The notes below the pieces were generated by a model that ran no database searches, was not told the origin of the DNA, and was given only the letters and a program-made list of their open reading frames with translations. Shown piece after piece: positions 39,784 to 53,330 of a stretch of DNA of 64,000 nt; position 1 is the stretch's first letter; every line of letters begins with the position of its first letter. The stretch spans positions 33,410,347 to 33,474,346 of the forward strand of contig NC_068984.1 in NCBI RefSeq assembly GCF_001194135.2, written 5' to 3'. The position numbers and the translations under genes are program-made. Origin of the DNA: Octopus bimaculoides (lineage: Eukaryota).

Positions 39784-39977
39784 TTGAGAGTGCACGGAGC
39801 CTTCCACCGTGGGCTCTACTTACCCAAACAAATGGGTGGGCGACCTTTGTTTCAAGGCTGGGAGAGCATTGTCTCGAAGCAGAAGAAAACAGATTAGGGT
39901 GCTATGTAAAAGAAAAAAAAATACCGTGGAACCATTGTTGAAACTTATAAGAAGTCTGGCGCTGTTCAAATTGATAA
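39784..39977 (+). mobile_element. R4/Dong non-LTR element, left piece (post-RT region)
   Basis: RVHGAFH..LYLPKQMGGRPL, CLEAEENRLGCYVK and EPLLKLI match the R4/Dong pattern MHG..HP..RLYLPR..GGRGL...E.E..L..YV....EPLL. Confidence 0.8.
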
Positions 39978-39985
39978 TTGCATAG

Positions 39986-42403
39986 AGTGGCCCTTCTTAA
40001 ACTTTTTATCATTCATGGTTCCATTTTTCACCATGAGACTTTTCGCGACCCCATGTATTAAATATGGAATAAAGCATACAAATAAATTCATAAATCATTT
40101 ATCTTTTGACTGAATAATATCGCTATAAAACATATTTATATTATTTGTCAAAATAAGAGTAGTTTTGGATTTGTTTCAAGTACAAAAATTAAACCAAAGT
40201 AAATGCTTCAAGTACAAAAAATAACACACACGCCGAAAGAAAATAAATAAATAAAACAAAGTAAAAATCAATGTGACGGATGTGTTTGTTTTTTACTGTA
40301 TAACAAATTAAACCTTGGTCTAATATTTGACATTGCTGGACGTAAAGCATCTTCTACGTTTTTCAGCGTTGACAGATATTTGATTTTGATAAGGGTTAAA
40401 GCTACTAAAAAAGTCGTTTCACATAGGTACGTGGTGCTAAATGAAACAGAAAAAAGAACATGTAATGCCATTTCAGAAATTGTGGGAAATTCAGCTTCAG
40501 CTCCGAACCAGAATTCAATGAAAGACCTTTTTGTAAATTCAAGTTTCAAGTTTGAGTCACTCGATAGCTCAACGAATTCCTCTTGTGCTTTATACGGCAG
40601 ATGGTTATTATCATCAATGTGTTTCTAGTGTAGTTAAGTGGTCGATAATTATTGTTGCAATTAAACTTTTACAAATTATTCTTTTCAATTATAAAATCGT
40701 CGACAACCGGAAACATTTCAAGTGAATCATTTTTCACTCTCTTCTTTCAAATGTTTTTTTTAATAAAATCTTCAATTTTATCCTTTGAATTAAATATATT
40801 GCTTTTCTTTCCTTGAAGAGACAAGTTGAGATCGTTTAGTTTCTCAAAAATATCTGACAAATACCATAAATTTTAAAGCCATAAGTCATTTTGAAAAAGA
40901 GCAGCACGATCAAATTTTTGTTCAGTTAAAAATATACTAATTCCGTCTTTTACCAACAATAATCTGTTTAAACTTCGCCCTATTGACAGCCACCTTACTT
41001 CAGCGTGTAATAATAATTTTTTGCATTCCGAGTCAATGTCTTTACAGAAATTTGAAAATAAATGCCTGTTAAGAGTTAGGCTTTTAATAAAGTTTATAAT
41101 TTTGATATCCTGAGCTAATTTTGTTGTTGCAAGGGCCTCTCGATGGATCATACAGTGTGTAAAAGTTGCATGCTTTAACAAACGATCTAAAACAAATATT
41201 TTCGCCCATCATCTTTTTTGCACCATCTTTGCATACTCCAATACACTTTTTTCCATTCCAACCTATAGTTTTAAAAAGTTCAACTTTACTATATATGTCT
41301 GTCTCTCTTGTATGTTCTCCCAAAGGATGACAAACTAACAATCATTCATTAGCGTTTTCTTTATAAATGTATCTGGTGTATGCAATTGAGCCATTTTAGA
41401 AATATCAGTTTTTTTTGTCCAACTGAACTGCACATTTCATGTTTTCTTTAAGTATCGTAATAAGTTGCTCAAATTGTTCATTGCTACTTTCATTAATTCT
41501 ATTGGTGACAGTGTCGCTCGACAAAAGAATTTTCCGCATTTCGACTCCATATTTACTTGTGAAGTATTTCTACCATCTTCATAGCAGCAGGTGAGGTAAT
41601 AAAAGTTTTTCCCTAATGGTGTATGTTTTTTTTAAATTTTTATCTTTAGCAGTTAGATATGGAACTTCATATAACGCTAATAAATATTCTTCTTTTAAAA
41701 TCATAAATTTCTCAAAATTTTGTTTTTCTATATTTGAAGATATAGACAGTCATTCAAATTATGTCTTGGTTTATTGACATATGAAAGATATTTGGATTCA
41801 ATATGCCTTTTTAATTTTGGGGGTTTCATACTCTCCACTATCAATGCGTTATTGCAAATTAAACAAAGCGGTTGTTCCATACCATCGCTATTATTTAAAG
41901 TAAAGCCAAATTGGAGAAATGATTCATCGTATTTTCTTTTCCGCATCTCTCTGGTTACTAGGTCCTGCTTGAACAGACGTTGTAGCATTGTCATCTGCGT
42001 CATTATTTTTGTTACTCATGTTCAGTCATTTACCATTGAATAAAAATAGTTTTATTTTGAAATATAAATAAAATAACGTTTTGTAAAATAATTATTATGA
42101 AATTATTTAAATAAATAGTGACCTCAATCGAATAAGTCAAACATGTATTGTTATTAATACATTTATTAAGATGACCGCAATCAACCAACTATACTGAAAA
42201 TGCGTTGTCGCTGCACTAGCCGCAATGGTGAAGCACGCGCCTTTTATTACTGCAGCGCTTGGGTGGTGCATCATGTTAACATTTGTGGATTTGTGAAATA
42301 AAAAATAAACTGAAAATCAAGTGTTTGAAATTAATTTTCGTGATCTCAGAATTTCGTTTCACGACTCCAAATGGAGTGGAGGCCCATAGTATAAAAAGCG
42401 CTG
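39986..42403 (-). mobile_element. Near full-length decayed hAT transposon, Buster family (ZBED5/SCAND3/FAM200-like transposase)
   Basis: BED finger RKYDESFLQFGF..QPLCLICN..MKPPKLKRH (41728..42003), CKDGAKKM, CMIHREALA, LLLHAEVRWLS, and C-terminal FSTTYLCE..KQTHPSH* (40268). One end reads cagcgctttttatact; the other is a degenerate agtggcccttcttaaact. Flank gtgtatac (42404-42411) fits the NNNTANNN target. Confidence 0.93.
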
Positions 42404-43080
42404 GTGTATACAAAAAAGACTTAGAGGCGGAAAGAATACTAAATCAGAAACAGCAAGGAAGGCGAAAAGATGTACGGTCAGCTTGCAAGAGATACGAACA
42501 CTAAGACAAATACAGAAGACTGGTAGCTATGAAAGAAGAGGATTGACCTGAAGATAGAGACAGAAGCACTTATATGTGCAGCACAAGAACAAGCACTAAG
42601 TACTAACTATGCGAATTGCAGAATCGACAACACTACCGAGTAGGAAAAATGTAGAATGTGCTGTAAGACGGGTGGAATGATATAGCACATTGTTAGCGAA
42701 TTCTCGGAATTGGCACAACACGATTGCTCATGATGATATCACAATGAGGTAAGAATGATCCATTGGGAGCTCTGTGGAAATCACGGCCTACAAATAGCAA
42801 AGATATGGTAGGAACAAACCACAGAAGGAGTCACTGAGAAAGAAGATTGCAAGATCATGTGGGATGCAGTTATTCAGTGTGATCATTTGATCCGACATTG
42901 GAGGCTGAACATTGTTGTGATGAATAAAAATGAAAGAACTGGCAAGATAATCGACATCTCATTTTCCAGTGACAACAGAATCAAAGGGAAAGAATGAATT
43001 CGCCAAGAAACACTCTCTTCCTGATGATCTATACAGCTTCCAAAAAGCTAGGCTATCTTACATCAGAGAAGACCTGGGTG
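42404..43080 (+). mobile_element. R4/Dong element, right piece: CCHC knuckle and restriction-like endonuclease
   Basis: KMYGQLARD, DLKIETEALICAAQEQALSTNY, CRMCCKTGGMI*HIVSE (CCHC relic), KIMWDAVIQCDHLI, NIVVMNK..KIIDISF (RPD..IID RLE motif) and FQKARL at the C-terminus. Confidence 0.92.
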
Positions 43081-43150
43081 GAAAGCACTCATCGTACAAA
43101 AATGTACATACATTTTATGACAAATCACCACACACACACACACACACACA

Positions 43151-43193
<43 letters not shown>

Positions 43194-43535
43194 CATAAAC
43201 ACGCACAAACACGTACACATGTACGAGTACACACATGGCACACACACAGTCTCTTAGAAATATATACATAAAAATAAAGACATACAAAACTCGCCACAAA
43301 TCATACACATAGGTTAAATGTACTAAAGTAAATAAAAAATAATAAATAAATAAAATAAAGTGATAGTAATACGTTGAAATTAATAACACCCACACGTCTA
43401 CAATTACAAGACGCACACACACCATACAATAGATATAACATATAAACAAACAAATATCTGAAGTGGATATATATATTTATGTATATGCATATGTATATAA
43501 GTGTGTGTGTGTATATATATATATGTATGTATGTG

Positions 43536-43591
<56 letters not shown>

Positions 43592-44381
43592 AAAATGAGT
43601 CATCTCACTATTGCTTGTTGATCGTCTGGGCATGAAACTCGAGTAGTAAGAAGTTTTAAAAAGATCAATATGTTCTACATATATTGAGCACACTTTCCTC
43701 ATTTGTTCAACATAAATAACGTAAATACAAACACACACATATACACACATATATTTACATATGCATATATCTATATACACGTGTGTATATATATATATAT
43801 ATATGAAAATATACATACGCACGTACACACACATACACATGATTACTTGCGTACCTATACACATACACATGTACACACACGCATACAAACCGCACGCACA
43901 CAATTATATCATATATTCAGTAAATTCGAAAACAGGATAATAAAGTTTAAATTTAACTAAAGTATCGCAAACGACAGCTACAGAAAAAATACGAATCACA
44001 ATATAAATATTAAAAGAATAAATTGAATATTTACTCGGACGTAAGCTTAATATCTTATTCTTAAAAATGCGGCATTTAAAATTCTCTTTTATTACATACG
44101 CTTTGTAGATTTTACAAAATGGAAACGAAGCGAAACAAAATGTATTAGGAATTATAATACTGTCATTCTAAATACAGCCTTTCCCAATCCTATTATTCCG
44201 TTTCATTTCCAATCTGTGTTAAACACGTTTTAAAATATCTTTTGAGTATATGTAGTAAACGAGAATATACTGAATTGCTGTGTTTGCCAACCATCGAACT
44301 CAATTGTTCAGGTGAGAAAATTTAGTTATACCCAGGTATCTGTATACAAAAGTTTTATCTCTACTTTGGCTTGTATATTAA

Positions 44382-44419
<38 letters not shown>

Positions 44420-44469
44420 GTTCAAAGCTGTGGCGAAGCTAGGGCAGTGTTATTATTGAGAGTCTCATC

Positions 44470-45545
44470 TGATATGTTTTAATGTCGCTACCCTCATTTG
44501 CACCGCCTGCCACGAGTTAGGTTCATCTGGGTCTCTCGACAGGAAGAGATCTAATTTTCTTTTGAAATCCCCTACATCCAATTTGTGTAGCACCCTCAGG
44601 ATTTTTAGGAGAATATTAAAAAGCTTGAAACCCAGGATGTTGCCGTAACCTGTCCTGAAACGTGACGGTGTTGTTGGAATCTTTAACAATGTGCTGTGAC
44701 GACTCGTAGTAGCATTTTTGTACCTTTCAATACTAAATTTTGGCACAATGCCTTCCCGGATCTTCCAGATTTATATTACTGCATATCTCTCCCGCCTTCT
44801 CCCCACAGAGTAGAGTCTTATTTGCTTCAGCCTTTCCCAACAGCGGAGTTACTGCAGTGATACGATCTTCTTTGTGAAGCTTCACTGGATTGCTTCAAGG
44901 TCCGCTGTTAAATTTACACAGTGGGGTGATCATAGTTTGGAACAGTAGTCATGGCGGCTGAGGACGAATGTCCTCCAGAGGACCATCATGATTTCCTTCT
45001 CTCTGGCCCTGTGGGTTCTCAGGATCCATCCAGCTAGCCGTTTGGACTTTCTCACCATCTTGGTAATGTGCTCTTGGAATAAGATATGACTCATGTCGAT
45101 ACCCAAGTCCCGCACTGATTTATGTTCTGGGATCGGAAACCCCACTGGGCCAGTGTAGTCTGTAAGTTAATCCTTCAGGTTTGGATGCTGGTAGCGCAGA
45201 GTTTGGAATTGTCCAGCATTAAACTGCACAATATTGTCCTCAGACCATCTGTAAACTGCGTCCAACTCCTCCTGTGGCCATGAAACATCGCTAGCCAGTG
45301 TGGCTATCCAGGCAACTTTAGGCATATCTGAGAGGGCCACTATGAAAAGCAGTGGCCCCAAGAACATCGCTCACTACTTTTGTTTTCTTTCAGGTGGCTC
45401 CATTGCTCCCACTGTTTCACGTCTATCTTTCAGAAAGTCATATAACCACTATCCAAGTTTTACAGCTATGCCAATATAACGCACTTTGTGGCATATCATA
45501 ACATGATCAATTTTACCAAATCGTTTACAGTCGATGTATATATAT
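44470..45545 (-). mobile_element. CR1/L2-type LINE, 3' part of RT
   Basis: VIYID..KIDH.MICHKV, LGPLLFIVALSDMP, VRDLGIDMS, LSRHDYCSKLWSP, WERLKQ..LYS..RRRERY and FKRKLDLFLS. Frameshifted. Confidence 0.92.
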
Positions 45546-46368
45546 TACGTCCACATCTGAGTGTGGAACTATATGCTATATTGTGTCACACTTCTTAATA
45601 TGTTACAGTCATATCCATGTACAATATTGTATCACTGCAATATAGGAGATAATAAAAATGCGAAGCAAAATACATTAGAAACAAGAACAGAAAATTATTA
45701 AAATCGATATTTCAACTACTCATTTCAGTAGCAGGTCTTTTGGTAAATCTTGAGTAAAACTACTGCAACGGTAACTTTTATACTCAGTCATACATTAGCA
45801 GAGTTATCATCAAACTGGATAAAAATGCCAAAAGTTCAAACTATGCCGTTTAAAGCACCTTCACTGTATTCGGCTCCCTGATGTCATCAACAGTATAGAT
45901 GCAAATGACACTGGATTTACATTACATAATTTACGTCATGTCCGTAAAGTTTACAAAGCAAAAAAAAGGATGAAAATGTAATTCACGAGACTATTTAATA
46001 TTCACTACGATCGTTTCGACCCATCGTTTACTGGTTCCTCACGGGTGAGATGTTGTACAACTGGATGTGGAACTGGATGTACAACTGGATCTTAATTTGA
46101 GATATGTCTCGTCAGTTGAGTGTCTAAAGATACATCGTCATTTAATCTCCGTTACGCTTATTTCGATTAGAATTGATTTAGATAGTTGACTTCTTGTCGA
46201 CACGAGAAACTGGTGAATAATCCAGATTTTTGCAAATTCCATTTCTGTCACTCATTATCACATATTATATATNNNNNNNNNNNNNNNNNNNNNNNNNNNN
46301 NNNNNNNNNNNNNNNNNNNNNNNNNNNNNNNNNNNNNNNNNNNNNNNNNNNNNNNNNNNNNNNNNNNN

Positions 46369-46405
<37 letters not shown>

Positions 46406-46462
46406 ATATATATACAGAGGGGAGGAGATATATACATAACCACATACACACTGACATGCACG

Positions 46463-46497
<35 letters not shown>

Positions 46498-47039
46498 ATA
46501 TAAGCACACATGTATACAAATGAGCGTTTATATGTATATGTGTATGTAAAAACATATCTATGCATGTATATGCTTGTGAGTGTATTGTGCGTATGAATCT
46601 AACCTATCCAAGACGATAATTCTTTGATTGTTATGCTAGCATTCATTGTATGTAAATTACGTGCTAGAGTTTGCTTAAAGCAACATTTCTATTGGTCTTC
46701 ATTACTTACTATTTCACAGTCCAAGATTCCAATCTACTTTCAGACCCATGTCTTGTCTGTAATTAGTATTTCAATGTAATATTAACACTTGCTGATTTGA
46801 AGTTACTATTCTGATGGCAGGTGGTATCAAATACGATGAAATATTATCCATCATTCTTGGTCCTTCAGAGCTTAAAATTAATATTCACCATACATAAAAT
46901 GAAGAATCGGTATGAGGATATTCTGAGCATAAATTTCCAAAAGGCTTAAGTGAAGATGGATAGAATTTCTCAACAATACACCAATATTTCTCGTTCATAC
47001 TTATCTATTATTGTCCTTGCTTTGCCTCTGTAAACTAAC

Positions 47040-47127
47040 ACAGGCACAAACACACCCATACAAACACACACACACACACAAATCCACACACACACTCACA
47101 TAAACGTGCGCACAAGCAAGGACAGAT

Positions 47128-47170
<43 letters not shown>

Positions 47171-47171
47171 C

Positions 47172-47221
<50 letters not shown>

Positions 47222-47222
47222 G
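47040..47222. repeat. (CA)-like then (GATA)n microsatellite
   Basis: Directly visible. Confidence 0.95.
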
Positions 47223-48509
47223 ATAAAAAAATAATTTCACTGAGGTGATTATCCCCACATAGTGAATTGTAATGTAAAATTTATAATAAAAGAAGGAAAA
47301 TTCACACAGTTTATATGTTCCATATAAAAGGGAAATGTGAGAGTCAACCGGTTTCCCGTTTCACTAATCATGCCTTTGTAATTATTGCAGTTTCTTATTT
47401 TGTTAGGTCTTTAGTCCATAATCCTGTATGAGAGGTCAGAAAGGAATCAGCATGTAGCAAAATCTAGGGAGAGATAACTGATGATTGTTATTATTCGGGA
47501 CAAATTTACATAAACTCATGAGTTAAAACGGTGAGATAAAATATGTAGTGTTAGGTATGCGATCGTGAATTAAAACATTTACTGAAATTCTAATTGGTTA
47601 TGCGTTCATATTAAGGTGCCTTATTATTTGTCGATAACTATATATTCTGTGTTTAATCGTTCTTGCAGAGAAATTGTTTCCTTGCACCGGTAGTTGAGGA
47701 ATACCCTGAAGTTTGGTTAGCGATACCCTGCACACATCTCTATGTGTTCACGCAAATATAACTGCCTATATCTTGGGAAAGGAGCAGTGCCTTATGCAGT
47801 CTACTTCTTCGTCTAAGTGAGATACTTGTTTGGCCTGTATAGTTGCGTCAGCAACCTGAACAAGTTATAACATAAATTAAACTCTGGGATGCACGCGTGA
47901 AATATTGGTCTTAATTGTAAATCTCTCTTCTTGTTTGAAGTGCAATTCTGAACCTTCCGACTCACACACACACGCACACATATGCAGTTGTATATAATTC
48001 TTGTGGCTAACCGCTGGCGTTTACAATCACATTCTTTCAATTATAAGTCTTATGAATTTGTATGAGAGTATAATTTTGGATATGTGTATATAAACTCACA
48101 TCGACACATTATGTATGTTGAAGTCCAATCCTGTCTCCATTTGTGATGCGTATAAAATCAGATTGTGGTTATATATAGGCATATTGTGTAGCTGTGTTTA
48201 CATAGAGTTAAACATATATATGTATATGTATATACACACATACATATAACTATAGATATTCATATAGTCACACACATATACACACACACAAACACACAGA
48301 CACAGACATATATGTAGGTAAATATATATATTTCTAAATTTAAAGGAATTAACAAAATGATAGTGAATTAAATAACGTAAATAAATTTATCACAGCAATT
48401 AACAAAAAAGAAAATAGAATGATATTTAAACGACATCTTTAGAGTATTACATTAAAAAGTTACCCAGAAAATTTCAGATATAAAAAAATACACTATGCCG
48501 TAATATGAA

Positions 48510-48554
48510 TATACGTGTGTGTGTTTCTGTGTGTGTGTGTGTGTGTGTGCGCGA

Positions 48555-48653
<99 letters not shown>

Positions 48654-48850
48654 GAGGGAGAGAGAGAGAAAGAGAGAGACAGACAGACAGAGGGAGATAA
48701 CCAGACAAATTGATAGATAGATTGATATATATATGCGTATAAATATGTGCAAATATTTACATATATATATGTGTGTAATGTATATATATATATATATATA
48801 TATACATGTGTGTGTATGCGCGTATGTACTGTGTGTGTGTGTGTGTATGA
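48510..48850. repeat. Compound (TG)/(CA)/(TA)/(GA) microsatellite block
   Basis: Directly visible. Confidence 0.95.
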
Positions 48851-51457
48851 CAATTATCTATAAATCACATAACAAAAATCAATCATAATTTAAATACAAA
48901 GAATTGATAAAAAAAAACTATCAAAATTGTCTATGCAACGTTACACAAAGAATTGCAATGATTGTTTGATTGTTAAATAAACCAATGTCACACAGTGTTT
49001 CAAAAAATACTATGAAATGTTTTTTCTTCATACTGTGAAAAGTCAAGAAAATATAGAACAGTCAAATCAAAATAATATATTATAACATAATGTCAAAGTT
49101 TAGGAAAAAATGCTAGATAAGTTAATTTAAGCAACGCACACATATAATACACACAACCTCACACACACGCACACACCCCACACACATACACTTACAGAAA
49201 TCAATTGAAAATAACTATGCAGGCACATATGTACCTAAATATATACATTTATACTTGCATACATAAATACATATATACAATCATACAGATGTTCTGCATG
49301 AGACCACACACACAAATACACATAAACATACACACAAACACACCCTCACGTCACACATTTACACACAGAGCCACTCTTACACACAGAACCATTAAACTAT
49401 AATTTATATGTGAAAGGGTTCAGCAAAAGAATTAAGTTCAAAGACAGGACAATAGTCGTATATATACTCACCTACAATATATACGAAGTAACCATTCGTA
49501 AATATAGAGACACGCTAGTACAAAGTATGAACGAAAATTCACAAGTAAGACGCATAACGAAATCAATAGACTCTCACACCCAAAGACACGTATATATATA
49601 TATATATATATNNNNNNNNNNNNNNNNNNNNNNNNNNNNNNNNNNNNNNNNNNNNNNNNNNNNNNNNNNNNNNNNNNNNNNNNNNNNNNNNNNNNNNNNN
49701 NNNNNNNNNNNNNNNNNNNNNNNNNNNNNNNNNNNNNNNNNNNNNNNNNNNNNNNNNNNNNNNNNNNNNNNNNNNNNNNNNNNNNNNNNNNNNNNNNNNN
49801 NNNNNNNNNNNNNNNNNNNNNNNNNNAATGCATTAGGTTATAGCAGTACGTTCGTACGTTTCGTACAAACTTTATTTATTTATGTAGTAAGAACACCACA
49901 TATGATGTGTAATGAAAATGTACTCCTCAGTTGCATAATGGAATTTCATTTCAGAAAGTAATTTTGTAGATGTGTGCAAATACAAGAGTAGGAGATGAAG
50001 AAAAATACCATCTTGACTGGGCTGTTAATCAGCAGCCTAGTGAATCAAACATGAATTTAATTTCTATATATTCTAATTGGAGGGGTAAGTTAGCAGTAAT
50101 TTCAATTCAAAGGAAGGTAGATTATGTAGTAAGGGACAGCAGGTAAGTGGTAAATCAAGCAAGAGAAAAAAGAAATAAGAAAAAAGGAAAAGAAAAATAT
50201 ATATATATAGAAATAAAAAGAAAAATGGAAAGGCAATACCCTAAAGAATGGAATACATTTTAACCTTTCCCAACCCACTGATAATATTCCTACATTTCTC
50301 TAGCTAATTCTAAGTCTCTTCTACCATATTATCAATTCTGAAACCATAGCTTTAATACTCTTACTTTAGTCTTCTTCTCCCCCCCCCCCTTTCACTTTGA
50401 TTTGTTTTGGCCATTGATATCTTCTCTTATTATGTTTTTTTTCTTATAAATAATATCTCTCTTATACTGCCCTACATACTGGATAATGTACACTTGAATA
50501 TAAGGCGCAGGATGCTCACAGCTAAAACGTGTTTTCCTCATGGATCTCTTCTAGGTGGGTAACGGCAAACACGATTATATCTAAATCAGAACAATCCACC
50601 AAATCACTCTCAAATCATATCTAATCTTTTACATTACAGAGAAATTGGACAGTGTGCTATGGTCTATGTGTGTGTGCGTGTGTGTGTATGTGTATGGGTG
50701 CGTGTGTTTGTGCATGTGTTTTGTGTGTGTGTGCGTGTGTGTGTGTGTGTGTGGGTATGTCTGTCTGTCTGTCTGTATACAGGATTGACAAAGCGAAACG
50801 AATGATACTTAAAATAGTGTTAATGTTTCCATAGGTTATAATGAACGAAGAATCGTTGGAATGGATATCATTGGAACCTTTATTTTGTCTGATATTTTCA
50901 CTCTTCTATCTGGAGAGCTATCTATACTTTTCAGTAAGCAATCATAACAATAGAACGAAATCGAAAACATTATCTATATTATTATTGCGTTACAGTATCA
51001 CTGCTTGATACAGCTATAGCAAATCTTCACAAGATGATATGAAAACAAAACTTATTACATCGTTATTTTCATATCAGAGAAAAGTTCACTTGGCCAGATC
51101 GGAAATGCTAGGCTCGTTCCTTAGCACAATGTTGTCACCATAGTTAATATTAGCGTTTTTATGCTAATTATCCCTGATCAAACTTGCAACTGGTTAAAAT
51201 TAAAATCGTATATAAACATATATTTCTACGTGTGTGGATGTTTCTGGTTTTCCGTTTGTGTAATGAGTGTATGTATCACTCTGTCTCTCTCTCCATATAT
51301 ATATATATATGTATTGATACTGATATCTATATATGCAATTTTATAGGTTGTATATGTGTGTGTTTGTATAGATTTTATATATATATACACACATAGAATA
51401 TACACGCACACACATATGTATATTAAGTGAAATAAGTGAGCAACAAAAAGTGGTATA

Positions 51458-52329
51458 CGAGGCACTATCATAAAGACTACTTATGTCTAATAAAATATAA
51501 ATTATTTACCTAGGTTTTAATATCATCTTCGTATTGCGCAATAGTACACCAGTCCCAGCATCCCGGCCAGTTTTGGAATCCGGCCTGGAAGTCGTTGTCC
51601 GTAAGCGAGTCGTAGGGCCTTTTGCGATTCGCACTTATCTCGACAAAGGTGTTAAAACGGCAACTTTTGAGTTGCATCTTCATCTTGGGGAAGAAGTGGA
51701 TATCCGCATGCGCTAAATCTTCTAAATTGGGTGGGTCCAGAAGCGATACCACGTGGTTTTGTTGAGAAACTCACGACTGGGCAGAGCTCGGTGACTGGGT
51801 GCATTGTAATCGTAAAAGATCCAATTCTTTGTGCTCCACACATCCGGTTGCTTTCTCTGAATGTCTTACTTCAAACGCTTCAACACGTCGCAGTAAAACT
51901 CTCAATTGACGGTCAGACCCCGGCGGACAAATGTTCGATGCACAATACCGCAAATATCGAAACAAATCGATGAGTATGGTCTTGATCGAGCTGCGGCTCT
52001 GTCTTGTGCCTGTGCTACTCAAAACATTGTGTGCGACCCATTGCCTCATTGATGTAAGCTTTTCGATGCATGTTCAATGCCTCTACCCAAGTTTTAACGC
52101 AAAATTTCACATTGGGTCTTTGTTAAAACTTTCTATTCATCACAAAAATCGTAGATGCAGCATACACATAATCACAAGAACACAAATTTCACAACTTGCG
52201 GTATAAGCACAACGATGTCACTCAGCATACTGCTTCATGAAGATCTTTGTTAGGTCTCATTGCGCCTGCAACAGTGTGCTGGCATCTACTGGTACAAAGA
52301 TAGTCCAGGAGAGTTTTGATAATACCGCA
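51458..52329 (-). mobile_element. Internally deleted mariner (irritans-like), 872 bp, both TIRs and TA duplications present
   Basis: TA|cgaggcactatcataa at 51458 versus the reverse complement of the right end TA|tgcggtattatcaaaa (11/16 identical). Coding remnants: NVKFCVK..AY..EAMGRTQCFE joined to RQSRSSIKT, then WIFYDYNAPSHR and HFFPKMKMQLK. Confidence 0.92.
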
Positions 52330-52356
52330 TATATTTAGTAAGTCAACATATTGAAG

Positions 52357-52579
52357 TATTATTTAATCCTTTCTATTATAGACCCATCACCTCAAATTTG
52401 GGGGAGCGGATAGTAGATTACATCGACCCCAGTACTCAACTGCTACTTCATTTATCGACCCCGAAAGGATGAAATGTAAAGTCGACCTCGGTGCAATTTG
52501 AACTCAGAACATAGCGACGGGCGAAATACCGCTAAGCATTTCGTCTTGCGTGCTAACAATTCTGCCAGATTGCCGCCTT
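52357..52579 (-). mobile_element. Full-length SINE family A (tRNA head plus Deu/Nin-like domain)
   Basis: Minus: aaggcggcaatctggcagaattgttagc..gttctgagttcaaatt (B-box-like)..gaggtcgactttacatttcatcctttcggggtcgataaatgaagtagcag..gaaaggattaaataata tail. Confidence 0.9.
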
Positions 52580-52789
52580 ATCGAAGTACTATTCAGTAGC
52601 GTATGTATATATACATATGTTATGTCGCTGAACCTTCTGGAAATATCCAATGTTTATGCCGAAATTAATTACTACCGTTTTTAGATTGGAAGGACAAATT
52701 GTGCAATGTATTTTTATTAACCTAAACACAGTTTGAGTTTAAAATTAACTAAGCAGTTTTAGAGCAAGTCACTAATACGGAACATTGGT

Positions 52790-53000
52790 TTCAAATTTTG
52801 GCACAGGTCTAATAATTTCATGAGTGTGTGTAATTGGAAACATCGTCCTCAGTGCTCAACTGGTACATATTTTATCGACCTCCGAAAGGTTGAAGAGGAA
52901 ATGTCGAATATGGTAAAATTTGATGTCAAATTGTAAAAACGACCGAAACGCTGCAAAAAAATTTATCCGGCCAATTAAAGTGATCGGCAGCTCACCGACC
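52790..53000 (-). mobile_element. Degraded SINE family A copy
   Basis: cagtgctcaactggtacatattttatcgacctccgaaaggttgaag aligns to 52430-52480. Confidence 0.8.
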
Positions 53001-53277
53001 TGAACTAATACGAAATATTATAAATTTATATAGTCTACATTGCTTAAAACCTGTAGAGTTAAATGTATATGTTTTTGTAGCTAGACGTAAACAAGGTACA
53101 AAACACTAATGTTTCTGCACAAATAACACGCTCATCTTGCCATATATATNNNNNNNNNNNNNNNNNNNNNNNNNNNNNNNNNNNNNNNNNNNNNNNNNNN
53201 NNNNNNNNNNNNNNNNNNNNNNNNNNNNNNNNNNNNNNNNNNNNNNNNNNNNNNNNNNNNNNNNNNNNNNNNNNNNN

Positions 53278-53330
<53 letters not shown>

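Noticed and set aside
49469-49511. 43-nt minus-strand exon-like CLYIYEWLLRIYC resembling an ion-channel S2 helix
   Set aside because: Too short to distinguish from chance; no partner exons.
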